Source: an uncultured Dysgonomonadaceae bacterium
Lineage (GTDB): Bacteria; Bacteroidota; Bacteroidia; Bacteroidales; Dysgonomonadaceae
Reading direction: 5' to 3'
DNA: 64,000 nucleotides
NCBI GenBank assembly: GCA_964631255.1
Contig: CAZVWS010000004.1
Coordinates: 35,806-99,805 of the forward strand
Under the pieces are notes generated by a model. It saw only the letters and a list, made by a program, of their open reading frames with translations, searched no databases and had not been told where the DNA came from. This document shows positions 20,234 through 29,969 of this stretch, piece after piece (the stretch's first letter is position 1; each line of letters starts with the position of its first letter). A program made the position numbers and the translations under genes.

Positions 20234-20523
20234 AAAAAAAAGAAGCAATATCACTGAAAGATGCTATTTCCATTTTTTTTGAAGAACATGAATCCCTAAA
20301 AATTGGATTAGCCGAACGTAAAGCAATTAAAGCTTGGGACAGTTTGCTTGGAGAAGGAGTGGTACACTACACAAATAAAATATATCTCCGAAAAAACACA
20401 CTTTACGTACACCTGACTTCTTCGGTTTTGCGTGCAGAACTTCTGATGAACAAACAAAACCTTATCGATAAATTAAACGAATCGGCAGAAATGACGGTTA
20501 TCAAAGATATTGTTTTCCGATAA
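20230..20523 (+). CDS. DUF721 (DciA-like) protein
   Basis: 97 aa, overlaps the recF stop by 4 nt, which is the conserved recF-DUF721 arrangement. Confidence 0.7.
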   Translation: MKKKEAISLKDAISIFFEEHESLKIGLAERKAIKAWDSLLGEGVVHYTNKIYLRKNTLYVHLTSSVLRAELLMNKQNLIDKLNESAEMTVIKDIVFR

Positions 20524-20655
20524 AACCTCTTTTTTTGCCCACTTCCATTTTCTAAAAAAATCTACAACAGAGCGTATATCCTCTGTAATAATGAAATAAA
20601 TGCAAAAAAACAGAAAAATAACGCCCACTTTCATCATTAATTCAACAAAAATAAT

Positions 20656-20663
20656 TACTTTTG
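20656..20663 (+). promoter_or_regulatory. Candidate -7 promoter element (TACTTTTG) upstream of guaB
   Basis: TAnnTTTG match 30 nt upstream of the guaB ATG. Confidence 0.5.
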
Positions 20664-20680
20664 CGTGCAATAAAATTTAA

Positions 20681-22171
<1,491 letters not shown>

Positions 22172-22254
22172 CTTCGTTCTGTCAAATACAATTTTTCATA
22201 AGAGTATCCGTTAATTATTACGTTTTTACAAATCGAAATTTTTCAAAAATAGCT

Positions 22255-24201
22255 ATGACTTCCAAATTTAAATTTTTCTTGCTTTTTGTATTGTGTTTTC
22301 AAATTTTGCATGCACAACAGACCGATCCGGTTGTAATAACCATCAACGGCAAACCGATTACCAAATCCGAATTTGAATATACCTTTCATAAAAATAATTC
22401 GGACAATGCCTTGGACAAAAAATCGCTGGACGAATATGTGGATATGTTCGTCGATTACAAATTGAAAGTAGAAGAAGCCAAAGCCCTGGGTTTGGACACC
22501 GTAACTACTTTTGTAAAAGAGTACAATTCGTATCGCAGCCAGTTGGCTTTGCCTTATTTGGTTAATGAAGAGGTGAAAAACCAGCTTGCACGCGAGGCTT
22601 ACGAACGTAAAAAAATAGAAACAGAATCGAGCCATATCCTCATAGGACTTCCTCGCCAATACTATCCCAAAGATACCCTCGTGGCATACAACAAAATGAT
22701 GGATATTCGCAATAAAATAGTAATAGAAGGCGAAGATTTTAACGAAATGGCTGCCATGTATTCTGAAGATCCGAGTGCACAAAAAGTAACTCCCGCGGGA
22801 CACCTTGGCTGGATGGGCGCACTCAGATTTGTAGATGAGTTTGAACACGGTATGTACCAAACCGGCATCAATGAAGTGAGCCTTCCGATTCGTTCTCAGT
22901 TTGGATATCATCTGATAAAAGTACACAATCGTCGCCCCAATATGGGTGATATTAAAGTTGCCCACATCATGTTGGCAATGCATCCCGCCATGAGCGAAGT
23001 GCAAAGAGATAGCGTGAAAAAAATTGCTGACGACGTGTACAAACAGTTGCAAAAGGGAGCAGATTTCGCCGAATTGGCAAAAAAATATTCTACCGATGTC
23101 AATTCAAAAGAAAAAGGCGGTGAGTTGGCTTGGTTTGCCAGCGGACAATATCCAAAACCATTTGAAGAAGCAGCCTTTTCGCTTCAAAACAAAGGAGACT
23201 ACTCCAATCCCATCAGCACAGCTTACGGATACCATATTCTTCAATTGATTGACAAACGCCCCATGGCAAGTTTCGAAGATAGCAAAGAATCTATCATGGG
23301 TTCTTTCTTACGCGGTTTGAGAATAAAAGAGGTGCAACAAGGCGAGATAGATCGCATCTTAAGAACAACAAATTTTGCAGCCAATAACGAAACATACAAA
23401 AAAATGGCAGCCATCACCGACTCCATTTTTGTTGGCGACCCAAAATTTAGACAATACTATCCCAACAAAGAAGATATTTTATTCACAATCAATGGAAAAG
23501 ATTATCGAGTTGCCGACTTCTACGAATATTTGAATACGGATAAATATGCCTTGTATCCATTATCGACCGACGATTTGAAAGGCAAATATAATAAATTCTT
23601 ACTCAACCTGCTCAAAGCAGAAGAGATTAGAACATTGGAAGATAATAATCCCGAATTCAAAAATCTTTCGCAAGAGTATTACGACGGCATTTTGCTGTTC
23701 GAACTCATGAACCAAGAAATTTGGGGCAAAGCACAAACCGATACCATCGGGTTAGAAAACTATTATGCCAAAAACCAAAAGAACTACAAATGGAATCAGC
23801 CCAAATTTAGCGGAGCAGTAATCTTAACCGCAAACGCGCAAATAAAAGGCCAAATAGAAAACCTTTTGCACCTACCCACTGACAGTTTGTATCGCAAATT
23901 GGAAGAGATGCAAGAAGCCGATAAAAACTTCAAAATAAAAATAGACAAAGGTTCTTGGAGCAAAGGCGAAAACACATTTGTTGATTTCAAAGCGTTCGAT
24001 GGCGACACCTACCCGGCTACCGAAAATTCGTATCCTTTCTACTTGGTAGTGGGTCAAGTACAATCTCAACCCCAATTGGACGACATCAGAGGCGAGGTTA
24101 TAAACGACTACCAACAATATTTGGAAAAAGAATTGATGGTAAAACTTCGTAAAAAATATCCGGTAAAACTGAATAAACGTGAACTAAAGCGTGTTAAGTA
24201 A
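22255..24201 (+). CDS. Periplasmic peptidyl-prolyl isomerase with two parvulin (PpiC) domains
   Basis: Signal peptide. Parvulin motifs SQFGYHLIKV and TAYGYHILQLI. Confidence 0.85.
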   Translation: MTSKFKFFLLFVLCFQILHAQQTDPVVITINGKPITKSEFEYTFHKNNSDNALDKKSLDEYVDMFVDYKLKVEEAKALGLDTVTTFVKEYNSYRSQLALPYLVNEEVKNQLAREAYERKKIETESSHILIGLPRQYYPKDTLVAYNKMMDIRNKIVIEGEDFNEMAAMYSEDPSAQKVTPAGHLGWMGALRFVDEFEHGMYQTGINEVSLPIRSQFGYHLIKVHNRRPNMGDIKVAHIMLAMHPAMSEVQRDSVKKIADDVYKQLQKGADFAELAKKYSTDVNSKEKGGELAWFASGQYPKPFEEAAFSLQNKGDYSNPISTAYGYHILQLIDKRPMASFEDSKESIMGSFLRGLRIKEVQQGEIDRILRTTNFAANNETYKKMAAITDSIFVGDPKFRQYYPNKEDILFTINGKDYRVADFYEYLNTDKYALYPLSTDDLKGKYNKFLLNLLKAEEIRTLEDNNPEFKNLSQEYYDGILLFELMNQEIWGKAQTDTIGLENYYAKNQKNYKWNQPKFSGAVILTANAQIKGQIENLLHLPTDSLYRKLEEMQEADKNFKIKIDKGSWSKGENTFVDFKAFDGDTYPATENSYPFYLVVGQVQSQPQLDDIRGEVINDYQQYLEKELMVKLRKKYPVKLNKRELKRVK

Positions 24202-24242
24202 TTTCGGAATGATTGCATGATTGTCAATTCTCATTTTTTTAC

Positions 24243-24250
24243 TACCTTTG
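24243..24250 (+). promoter_or_regulatory. Candidate -7 promoter element (TACCTTTG) upstream of ileS
   Basis: TAnnTTTG match about 37 nt upstream of ATG 24287. Confidence 0.5.
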
Positions 24251-24286
24251 CACACAAAATTTTCAATAGGTATAAAAACATTGACA

Positions 24287-27200
24287 ATGAGCAAGAAATT
24301 CACCGAATACAGTCAGTTAAATTTATCGGAAATCAACAAAGAGCTGCTACAGCAGTGGGACAATAAAAACGTATTCCACAAGAGCTTAGAAACGCGCCAA
24401 GGCAAACCCGAATTTGTGTTTTACGAAGGCCCCCCTTCGGCAAACGGCATGCCCGGGATACACCACGTGATAGCACGCTCCATCAAAGATATTTTTTGCA
24501 GATACAAAACAATGAAAGGCTTTTTGGTAAACCGAAAAGCCGGATGGGACACGCACGGACTGCCCGTGGAGTTGGGCGTTGAAAAATCGCTCGGCATCAC
24601 CAAAGAAGATATTGGCAAAACTATATCGGTAGAGGAGTACAACAACGCATGCCGCACCGAGGTAATGAAATATACCAAAGAGTGGGAAGACCTCACCCGA
24701 AAAATGGGCTATTGGGTAGATATGAACGACCCATATATCACCTACGACAACCGATACATAGAGACTTTGTGGTATTTGCTCAAAGAAATTTACAAAAAAG
24801 GATACCTCTACAAAGGTTACACCATACAACCCTACTCACCCGCGGCGGGAACCGGGTTGAGCACACACGAGCTGAACCAACCCGGCTGCTATCGCGATGT
24901 AAAAGATACTACTTGCACCGCCCAATTCAAGATTAAAAACCCATTAACCGAATGGGCTGAGTTTGGCGAACCATTTTTCTTGGCTTGGACAACCACACCT
25001 TGGACATTGCCCTCCAACGTGCTATTGGCAATGGGACCCAATATCGAATACGTTGCCGTGCAAACCTACAACCCGTACACAGGCAAACCGATGACGACCA
25101 TTTTAGCTAAAAATCTGCTCAACGTATATTTTCCGCAAAAGAATGCCGAATTAAAACTCGAAGAATACAAAGAAGGCGATAAAAATGTGCCCTTCCGCGT
25201 GTTGAACAAAGTTTGGAAAGGCTCTGAATTGGCAGGAATAGAATACGAACAACTATTTCCTTGGATAAAAGTACAAGACAATGCTTTTCGTGTTGTAACC
25301 GGCGATTTTGTAACCACCGAAGACGGAACAGGAATTGTGCACATTGCTCCCACCTTTGGTGCCGACGATGCCAAAGTAGGCAAAGAAAACAATGTTGCCG
25401 GACTAACACTCATTGACAAAGACGGAAACATCCGCCCAATGGTAGATTTGACCGGAAAATTCTTCCTCATCGAAGATTTGGACGAAGATTTTGTGAAAAA
25501 CAATGTAAACGTTGATTTATACAAGGAGTTTGCGGGACGATTCGTGAAAAACGAATATGAAACCCCCTCTAACTCCCCCAAAGGGGGAGAACTAAGCCCC
25601 TCCTTGGGAGGGGGTGGAGAGGCTACCACGCTCGACGTGGACTTATCCGTAACACTCAAGTTGCAAAATCGTGCGTTCCGCATCGAGAAGCATGTGCACA
25701 GCTATCCACATTGCTGGCGCACAGACAAACCCGTTTTATATTACCCGCTCGATAGTTGGTTTATCCGCACCACCGCTTGCAAAGAGCGTATGATGGAGTT
25801 AAACGAAACCATCAATTGGAAACCACAATCTACCGGAACGGGACGTTTTGGCAAATGGTTGGAAAATTTACAAGATTGGAATTTGAGTCGCAGTCGCTAT
25901 TGGGGAACGCCGTTACCAATTTGGCGTACCGAAGACGGTAAAGAGGAAAAATGTATCGGCTCGGTAAAAGAATTGGTCGATGAAATGCAAAAAGCCCTGG
26001 ATGCCGACGTTATGACCGAACTTCCGTGGAAAGATTTCGATTTGAACAACCACAAAGATTTAGATTACACTCATATAGACCTGCATCGTCCTTATGTGGA
26101 CAAAATAGTATTGGTTTCTGACAGCGGAAAACCGATGCACCGCGAACTCGACCTCATCGACGTTTGGTTTGACAGTGGTGCCATGCCTTTTGCACAGTTT
26201 TTCTATCCTCATATTTCAGAAGAAGATTTTGCCAAAGTATATCCCGCCGATTTCATTGCCGAAGGCGTAGACCAAACACGTGGTTGGTTTTTCACGCTAC
26301 ACGCCATCAGCACCATGGTAAAAGACAGCGTGGCATTCAAAAATGTGATTTCAAACGGATTGGTTTTGGATAAAAACGGCAACAAAATGTCCAAGCGATT
26401 GGGTAATGCCGTTGACCCGTTCGAAACGATAGAGAAATACGGTTCCGACCCGCTTCGCTGGTACATGGTTACCAATGCATCGCCGTGGGACAACCTGAAA
26501 TTTGATATTGACGGTGTGGAAGAAGCCCGACGCAAATTTTTCGGTACGCTTTACAACACCTACTCATTCTTCGCACTTTACGCCAACGTGGATAATTTCC
26601 GCAACCAATTCCCACAAATAGAATTGGCTAAACGTCCCGAAATTGACCGTTGGATTTTATCGCTCCTCAACTCACTGATTAAAGAGGTGGACGAAGATTA
26701 CGCCAATTACGAGCCTACGAGAGCCGGACGAGCCATCAACGATTTTGTGAACGACAACTTGAGCAACTGGTTTGTCCGTTTAAACAGAAAACGTTTTTGG
26801 GGCGGAGAAATGACCAACGACAAGCTTTCGGCATACCAAACACTATACGAATGCTTGATTACGGTGGCAAAACTGATGGCACCCATCGCCCCTTTTTATG
26901 CCGATAGACTCTATTTAGATTTGACACAAGCCACAGAAAACGAAATGTTTGAATCGGTGCACTTGGCAGATTTCCCATCGGCACACGAATCGGTAATCGA
27001 CACCACGCTCGAAGAGCAAATGTACTTGGCACAAACGGCATCGTCCATCGTGTTGGCATTGCGCCGCAAAGAGAACTTGCGGGTAAGACAACCACTTTCC
27101 AAATTGTTGATTCCCGTATTGAACGATGAACAACAAAAAAACATTGAAGCCGTTCAAGCACTCATCTTGAGCGAAGTAAACGTGAAAGCGATAGAGTTTG

Positions 27201-27742
27201 TGGATTCGGCAAACGATATGTTGGTGAAACGAGTGAAACCCGATTTCAAAAAACTGGGTCCCAAATATGGCAAAATCATGAAATTGGTAGCCGCCAAAAT
27301 CCAAGAGATGTCGCAAGAGGAGATAAACAGTTTAGAGAAAAACGGCAATATCCAACTAACGATAGACAATCAGCAAATCGCAATTGATGCCGCCGATGTG
27401 GAAATCATTTCGGAAGACATTCCCGGATGGCTCGTAGGCAACGAAGGCCGATTGACTGTCGCACTCGACATAACCGTAACCGACGAACTCCGCAAGGAGG
27501 GAATCGCGCGCGAGTTGGTAAATCGCATCCAAAATCTGCGCAAAGCGAAAGATTTTGAAATTACCGACCGCATAGCGGTACAACTTTCGTCGCATCCTCA
27601 ATTTGATGAAGCGGTCAAAGATTTTACCGATTATATTTCGGGACAAGTGCTTGCAGACTCCATCTGCATCGTGTCGCAAACATTGGAAGATGAAATTGAG
27701 ATTGACGAAGAGAAATTGACCATTTCTGTTTGTAAACAATAA
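24287..27742 (+). CDS. ileS: Isoleucine-tRNA ligase (long, eukaryote-like type)
   Basis: Class I motifs PSANGMPGIHH (HIGH-like) and KMSKRLGN (KMSKS). Start re-set to MSKKFTEYSQ, downstream of the promoter motif. Confidence 0.95.
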   Translation: MSKKFTEYSQLNLSEINKELLQQWDNKNVFHKSLETRQGKPEFVFYEGPPSANGMPGIHHVIARSIKDIFCRYKTMKGFLVNRKAGWDTHGLPVELGVEKSLGITKEDIGKTISVEEYNNACRTEVMKYTKEWEDLTRKMGYWVDMNDPYITYDNRYIETLWYLLKEIYKKGYLYKGYTIQPYSPAAGTGLSTHELNQPGCYRDVKDTTCTAQFKIKNPLTEWAEFGEPFFLAWTTTPWTLPSNVLLAMGPNIEYVAVQTYNPYTGKPMTTILAKNLLNVYFPQKNAELKLEEYKEGDKNVPFRVLNKVWKGSELAGIEYEQLFPWIKVQDNAFRVVTGDFVTTEDGTGIVHIAPTFGADDAKVGKENNVAGLTLIDKDGNIRPMVDLTGKFFLIEDLDEDFVKNNVNVDLYKEFAGRFVKNEYETPSNSPKGGELSPSLGGGGEATTLDVDLSVTLKLQNRAFRIEKHVHSYPHCWRTDKPVLYYPLDSWFIRTTACKERMMELNETINWKPQSTGTGRFGKWLENLQDWNLSRSRYWGTPLPIWRTEDGKEEKCIGSVKELVDEMQKALDADVMTELPWKDFDLNNHKDLDYTHIDLHRPYVDKIVLVSDSGKPMHRELDLIDVWFDSGAMPFAQFFYPHISEEDFAKVYPADFIAEGVDQTRGWFFTLHAISTMVKDSVAFKNVISNGLVLDKNGNKMSKRLGNAVDPFETIEKYGSDPLRWYMVTNASPWDNLKFDIDGVEEARRKFFGTLYNTYSFFALYANVDNFRNQFPQIELAKRPEIDRWILSLLNSLIKEVDEDYANYEPTRAGRAINDFVNDNLSNWFVRLNRKRFWGGEMTNDKLSAYQTLYECLITVAKLMAPIAPFYADRLYLDLTQATENEMFESVHLADFPSAHESVIDTTLEEQMYLAQTASSIVLALRRKENLRVRQPLSKLLIPVLNDEQQKNIEAVQALILSEVNVKAIEFVDSANDMLVKRVKPDFKKLGPKYGKIMKLVAAKIQEMSQEEINSLEKNGNIQLTIDNQQIAIDAADVEIISEDIPGWLVGNEGRLTVALDITVTDELRKEGIARELVNRIQNLRKAKDFEITDRIAVQLSSHPQFDEAVKDFTDYISGQVLADSICIVSQTLEDEIEIDEEKLTISVCKQ

Positions 27743-27781
27743 TAGAACTAAATACGTTTATTATTGATATGTAAATCGTAT

Positions 27782-27789
27782 TAACTTTG
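27782..27789 (+). promoter_or_regulatory. Candidate -7 promoter element (TAACTTTG) upstream of the dksA-like gene
   Basis: TAnnTTTG match. It lies inside the ORF-track start, so the real start is taken as ATG 27835. Confidence 0.5.
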
Positions 27790-27834
27790 CAGAAGCAAAA
27801 ATTCATAGATATAAATCATAAAAACCTTGCTGTT

Positions 27835-28215
27835 ATGAGTGAAAAAACAAGATACTCAGATGAAGAATTGGAAGAATTCAGAGCCATCATCAACGAAAAG
27901 CTCCGAATTGCCCAACAAGAATACGAAAATTACCGTGCTGCAGTAACCAATTCCGACGGAAACGATACCGTAGATACCTCGCCAACCTACAAAGTGCTGG
28001 AAGAGGGCGCATCTACCCTATCTAAAGAGGAAGCAGGACGTTTGGCACAACGCCAGATGAAATTCATACAGAATTTGCAGGCTGCGCTGATTCGTATCGA
28101 AAACAAAACGTATGGGGTTTGTCGCGAAACCGGCAACCTGATTCCAAAAGAACGCCTACGTGCTGTTCCACATGCCACATTGAGCATCGAAGCCAAAGAA
28201 GGTAAAAGGAAATAA
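27835..28215 (+). CDS. DksA/TraR family C4-type zinc-finger protein
   Basis: Coiled-coil N-terminal part and a C-terminal TraR/DksA-like finger segment (GVCRETGNLIPKERLRAVPHATLSI). Confidence 0.8.
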   Translation: MSEKTRYSDEELEEFRAIINEKLRIAQQEYENYRAAVTNSDGNDTVDTSPTYKVLEEGASTLSKEEAGRLAQRQMKFIQNLQAALIRIENKTYGVCRETGNLIPKERLRAVPHATLSIEAKEGKRK

Positions 28216-28317
28216 TTGCACGAAGAGAAAAATGGCAATAAAACAGACACAAACCGGCGTGGTGCAGAAAAATAATAATTCTGCACCCGTTGTTGTTGTG
28301 CCGAAAAAACAGTTCAA

Positions 28318-29004
28318 ATGAATAATGCCGCAAAAAAAGGGCTAATTGCTACCGCAGTAGTCATTTTGATTTTACTCATCGACCAAATTACTAAGATTTG
28401 GGTAAAAACCAATATGGCACTTTACGACATGATTCCTATAACCGATTGGTTCAAAATCTATTTCGTAGAAAATAATGGCATGGCGTTTGGGCTGGAGGTA
28501 TTCGGGAAACTATTCCTTACCCTATTCAGAATTGTAGCAGTGGGAGTCATTATTTTCTATCTGTTTAGAATCATAAAAGAGAATTACAAAACAGGTTTTA
28601 TTGCTTGCATTGCACTTGTTTTGGCAGGAGCTGCCGGAAATATCATCGATAGTGTTTTTTATGGCATGTTTTTCGAAGCGAGCTATCCGGGACATATTGC
28701 AACATTTACTCGTTGGGGCGAAGGCTATTCCACACTGTTTCACGGAAAAGTGGTAGATATGTTCTATTTTCCTCTCATAGAGGGCACCTACCCCGATTGG
28801 GTTCCTATTTGGGGCGGACAGGAGTTCTTGTTTTTCCGGTTCATTTTTAATATTGCCGATTCTGCCATCTCGGTAGGCGTGGTGCTGCTACTCATTTTTT
28901 ACAGACATACGCTCTCCTTCTCGCTCTTATCCAAGAAAGACAAAGAAAAACTGGAGGCCGAAAAGCAACAACCATTAGAAAAAGAGAGTGCACGTGAACC
29001 ATAA
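28318..29004 (+). CDS. lspA: Lipoprotein signal peptidase (signal peptidase II)
   Basis: Multi-TM protein with the motifs VENNGMAFG and FNIADSAI. Confidence 0.9.
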   Translation: MNNAAKKGLIATAVVILILLIDQITKIWVKTNMALYDMIPITDWFKIYFVENNGMAFGLEVFGKLFLTLFRIVAVGVIIFYLFRIIKENYKTGFIACIALVLAGAAGNIIDSVFYGMFFEASYPGHIATFTRWGEGYSTLFHGKVVDMFYFPLIEGTYPDWVPIWGGQEFLFFRFIFNIADSAISVGVVLLLIFYRHTLSFSLLSKKDKEKLEAEKQQPLEKESAREP

Positions 29005-29824
29005 AACCATTGTATATCTGATAGCTTTCCTCATTTTTGGCATCTTGTTTACCTCATGCAGCCGCCCCAAAGAGGTGCTCAGCCGCAAGAAAATGGAGAA
29101 ACTGATGTATGATATTTATATTGCCGAATCCATTATCGAAAATGACCTGCAAAATTTTGACTCGCCACAAAAAAAAGAAGCACTCATCAACGAAGTATTT
29201 CAAAAAAACAAAATCACCCAAGCCCAATGGGACTCTTCGCTGACGTGGTATTCTGACAGAATTGATTTGTATCTGCGTATAAACGATTCGGTAAAAAACA
29301 GACTGCAAAGAGAACACAAACTACTGGAGAGCCAACTCAACAACCAATTGCTTCTGGAACAGCGAAGTGCCCAACAGCAAGGATTATCTACCTTTATTCC
29401 AACAAACTACACATTTGACGGAACAACCAATCAAAACGGATTTAGATTTCGATTCAATTCGTCTGATATTGAAGCCAACATGCCACAACCCACTTCAGAA
29501 TACACTTTCCGGGTTTTCGGCATTACGCCATCACCAACTGCCGTATTGAAATCATTTCTGATGTTAGAATACAAAGACACAACCATTTATAGGGTAAATA
29601 ATATTTCCGAAAACGGAACTTACACACATACAATCAACAAATATATCGGCAACGATACCATTCAAAATATGATTGGATTCATGCGCCTGCAAAGCAGATT
29701 AAAAGAGAATCAGTCAATTCAATTATACAACATAAAGCTTGGCAACAATTCAGATAACTCGGAAACAATTATACCCGATGCAAAAGAAAGTACAGCACAA
29801 AATTTTGAACAAATAACAAAATAA
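28988..29824 (+). CDS. DUF4296-like lipoprotein
   Basis: Lipobox LFTSC, then KKMEKLMYDIYIAESII, which is typical of DUF4296. Overlaps the lspA end. Confidence 0.65.
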   Translation: MHVNHKTIVYLIAFLIFGILFTSCSRPKEVLSRKKMEKLMYDIYIAESIIENDLQNFDSPQKKEALINEVFQKNKITQAQWDSSLTWYSDRIDLYLRINDSVKNRLQREHKLLESQLNNQLLLEQRSAQQQGLSTFIPTNYTFDGTTNQNGFRFRFNSSDIEANMPQPTSEYTFRVFGITPSPTAVLKSFLMLEYKDTTIYRVNNISENGTYTHTINKYIGNDTIQNMIGFMRLQSRLKENQSIQLYNIKLGNNSDNSETIIPDAKESTAQNFEQITK

Positions 29825-29891
29825 TTATTCAAAAAAAGCACTTTGCAGTAATCTTGTTTTCCGTATTTTTCATAAATACCAAATTTATTGG

Positions 29892-29899
29892 TATTTTTG
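29892..29899 (+). promoter_or_regulatory. Candidate -7 promoter element (TATTTTTG) upstream of ppdK
   Basis: TAnnTTTG match about 70 nt upstream of the ppdK ATG. Confidence 0.4.
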
Positions 29900-29969
29900 T
29901 AGCAGCATAGCATCTTATGTGAAAAAAATATCCGCAAAAATAAATATATCTTAATAATAACAACAAAAA

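Noticed and set aside
22243-23052. 269-aa minus-strand ORF
   Set aside because: It lies entirely antisense to the parvulin PPIase gene. It has a Phe/Ile/His-rich low-information composition typical of shadow ORFs in AT-rich coding DNA.
25066-25683. 205-aa minus-strand ORF within ileS, covering the GC-rich palindromic insert
   Set aside because: It is antisense to ileS. The palindromic insert reads as open in both directions, which inflates the shadow ORF.
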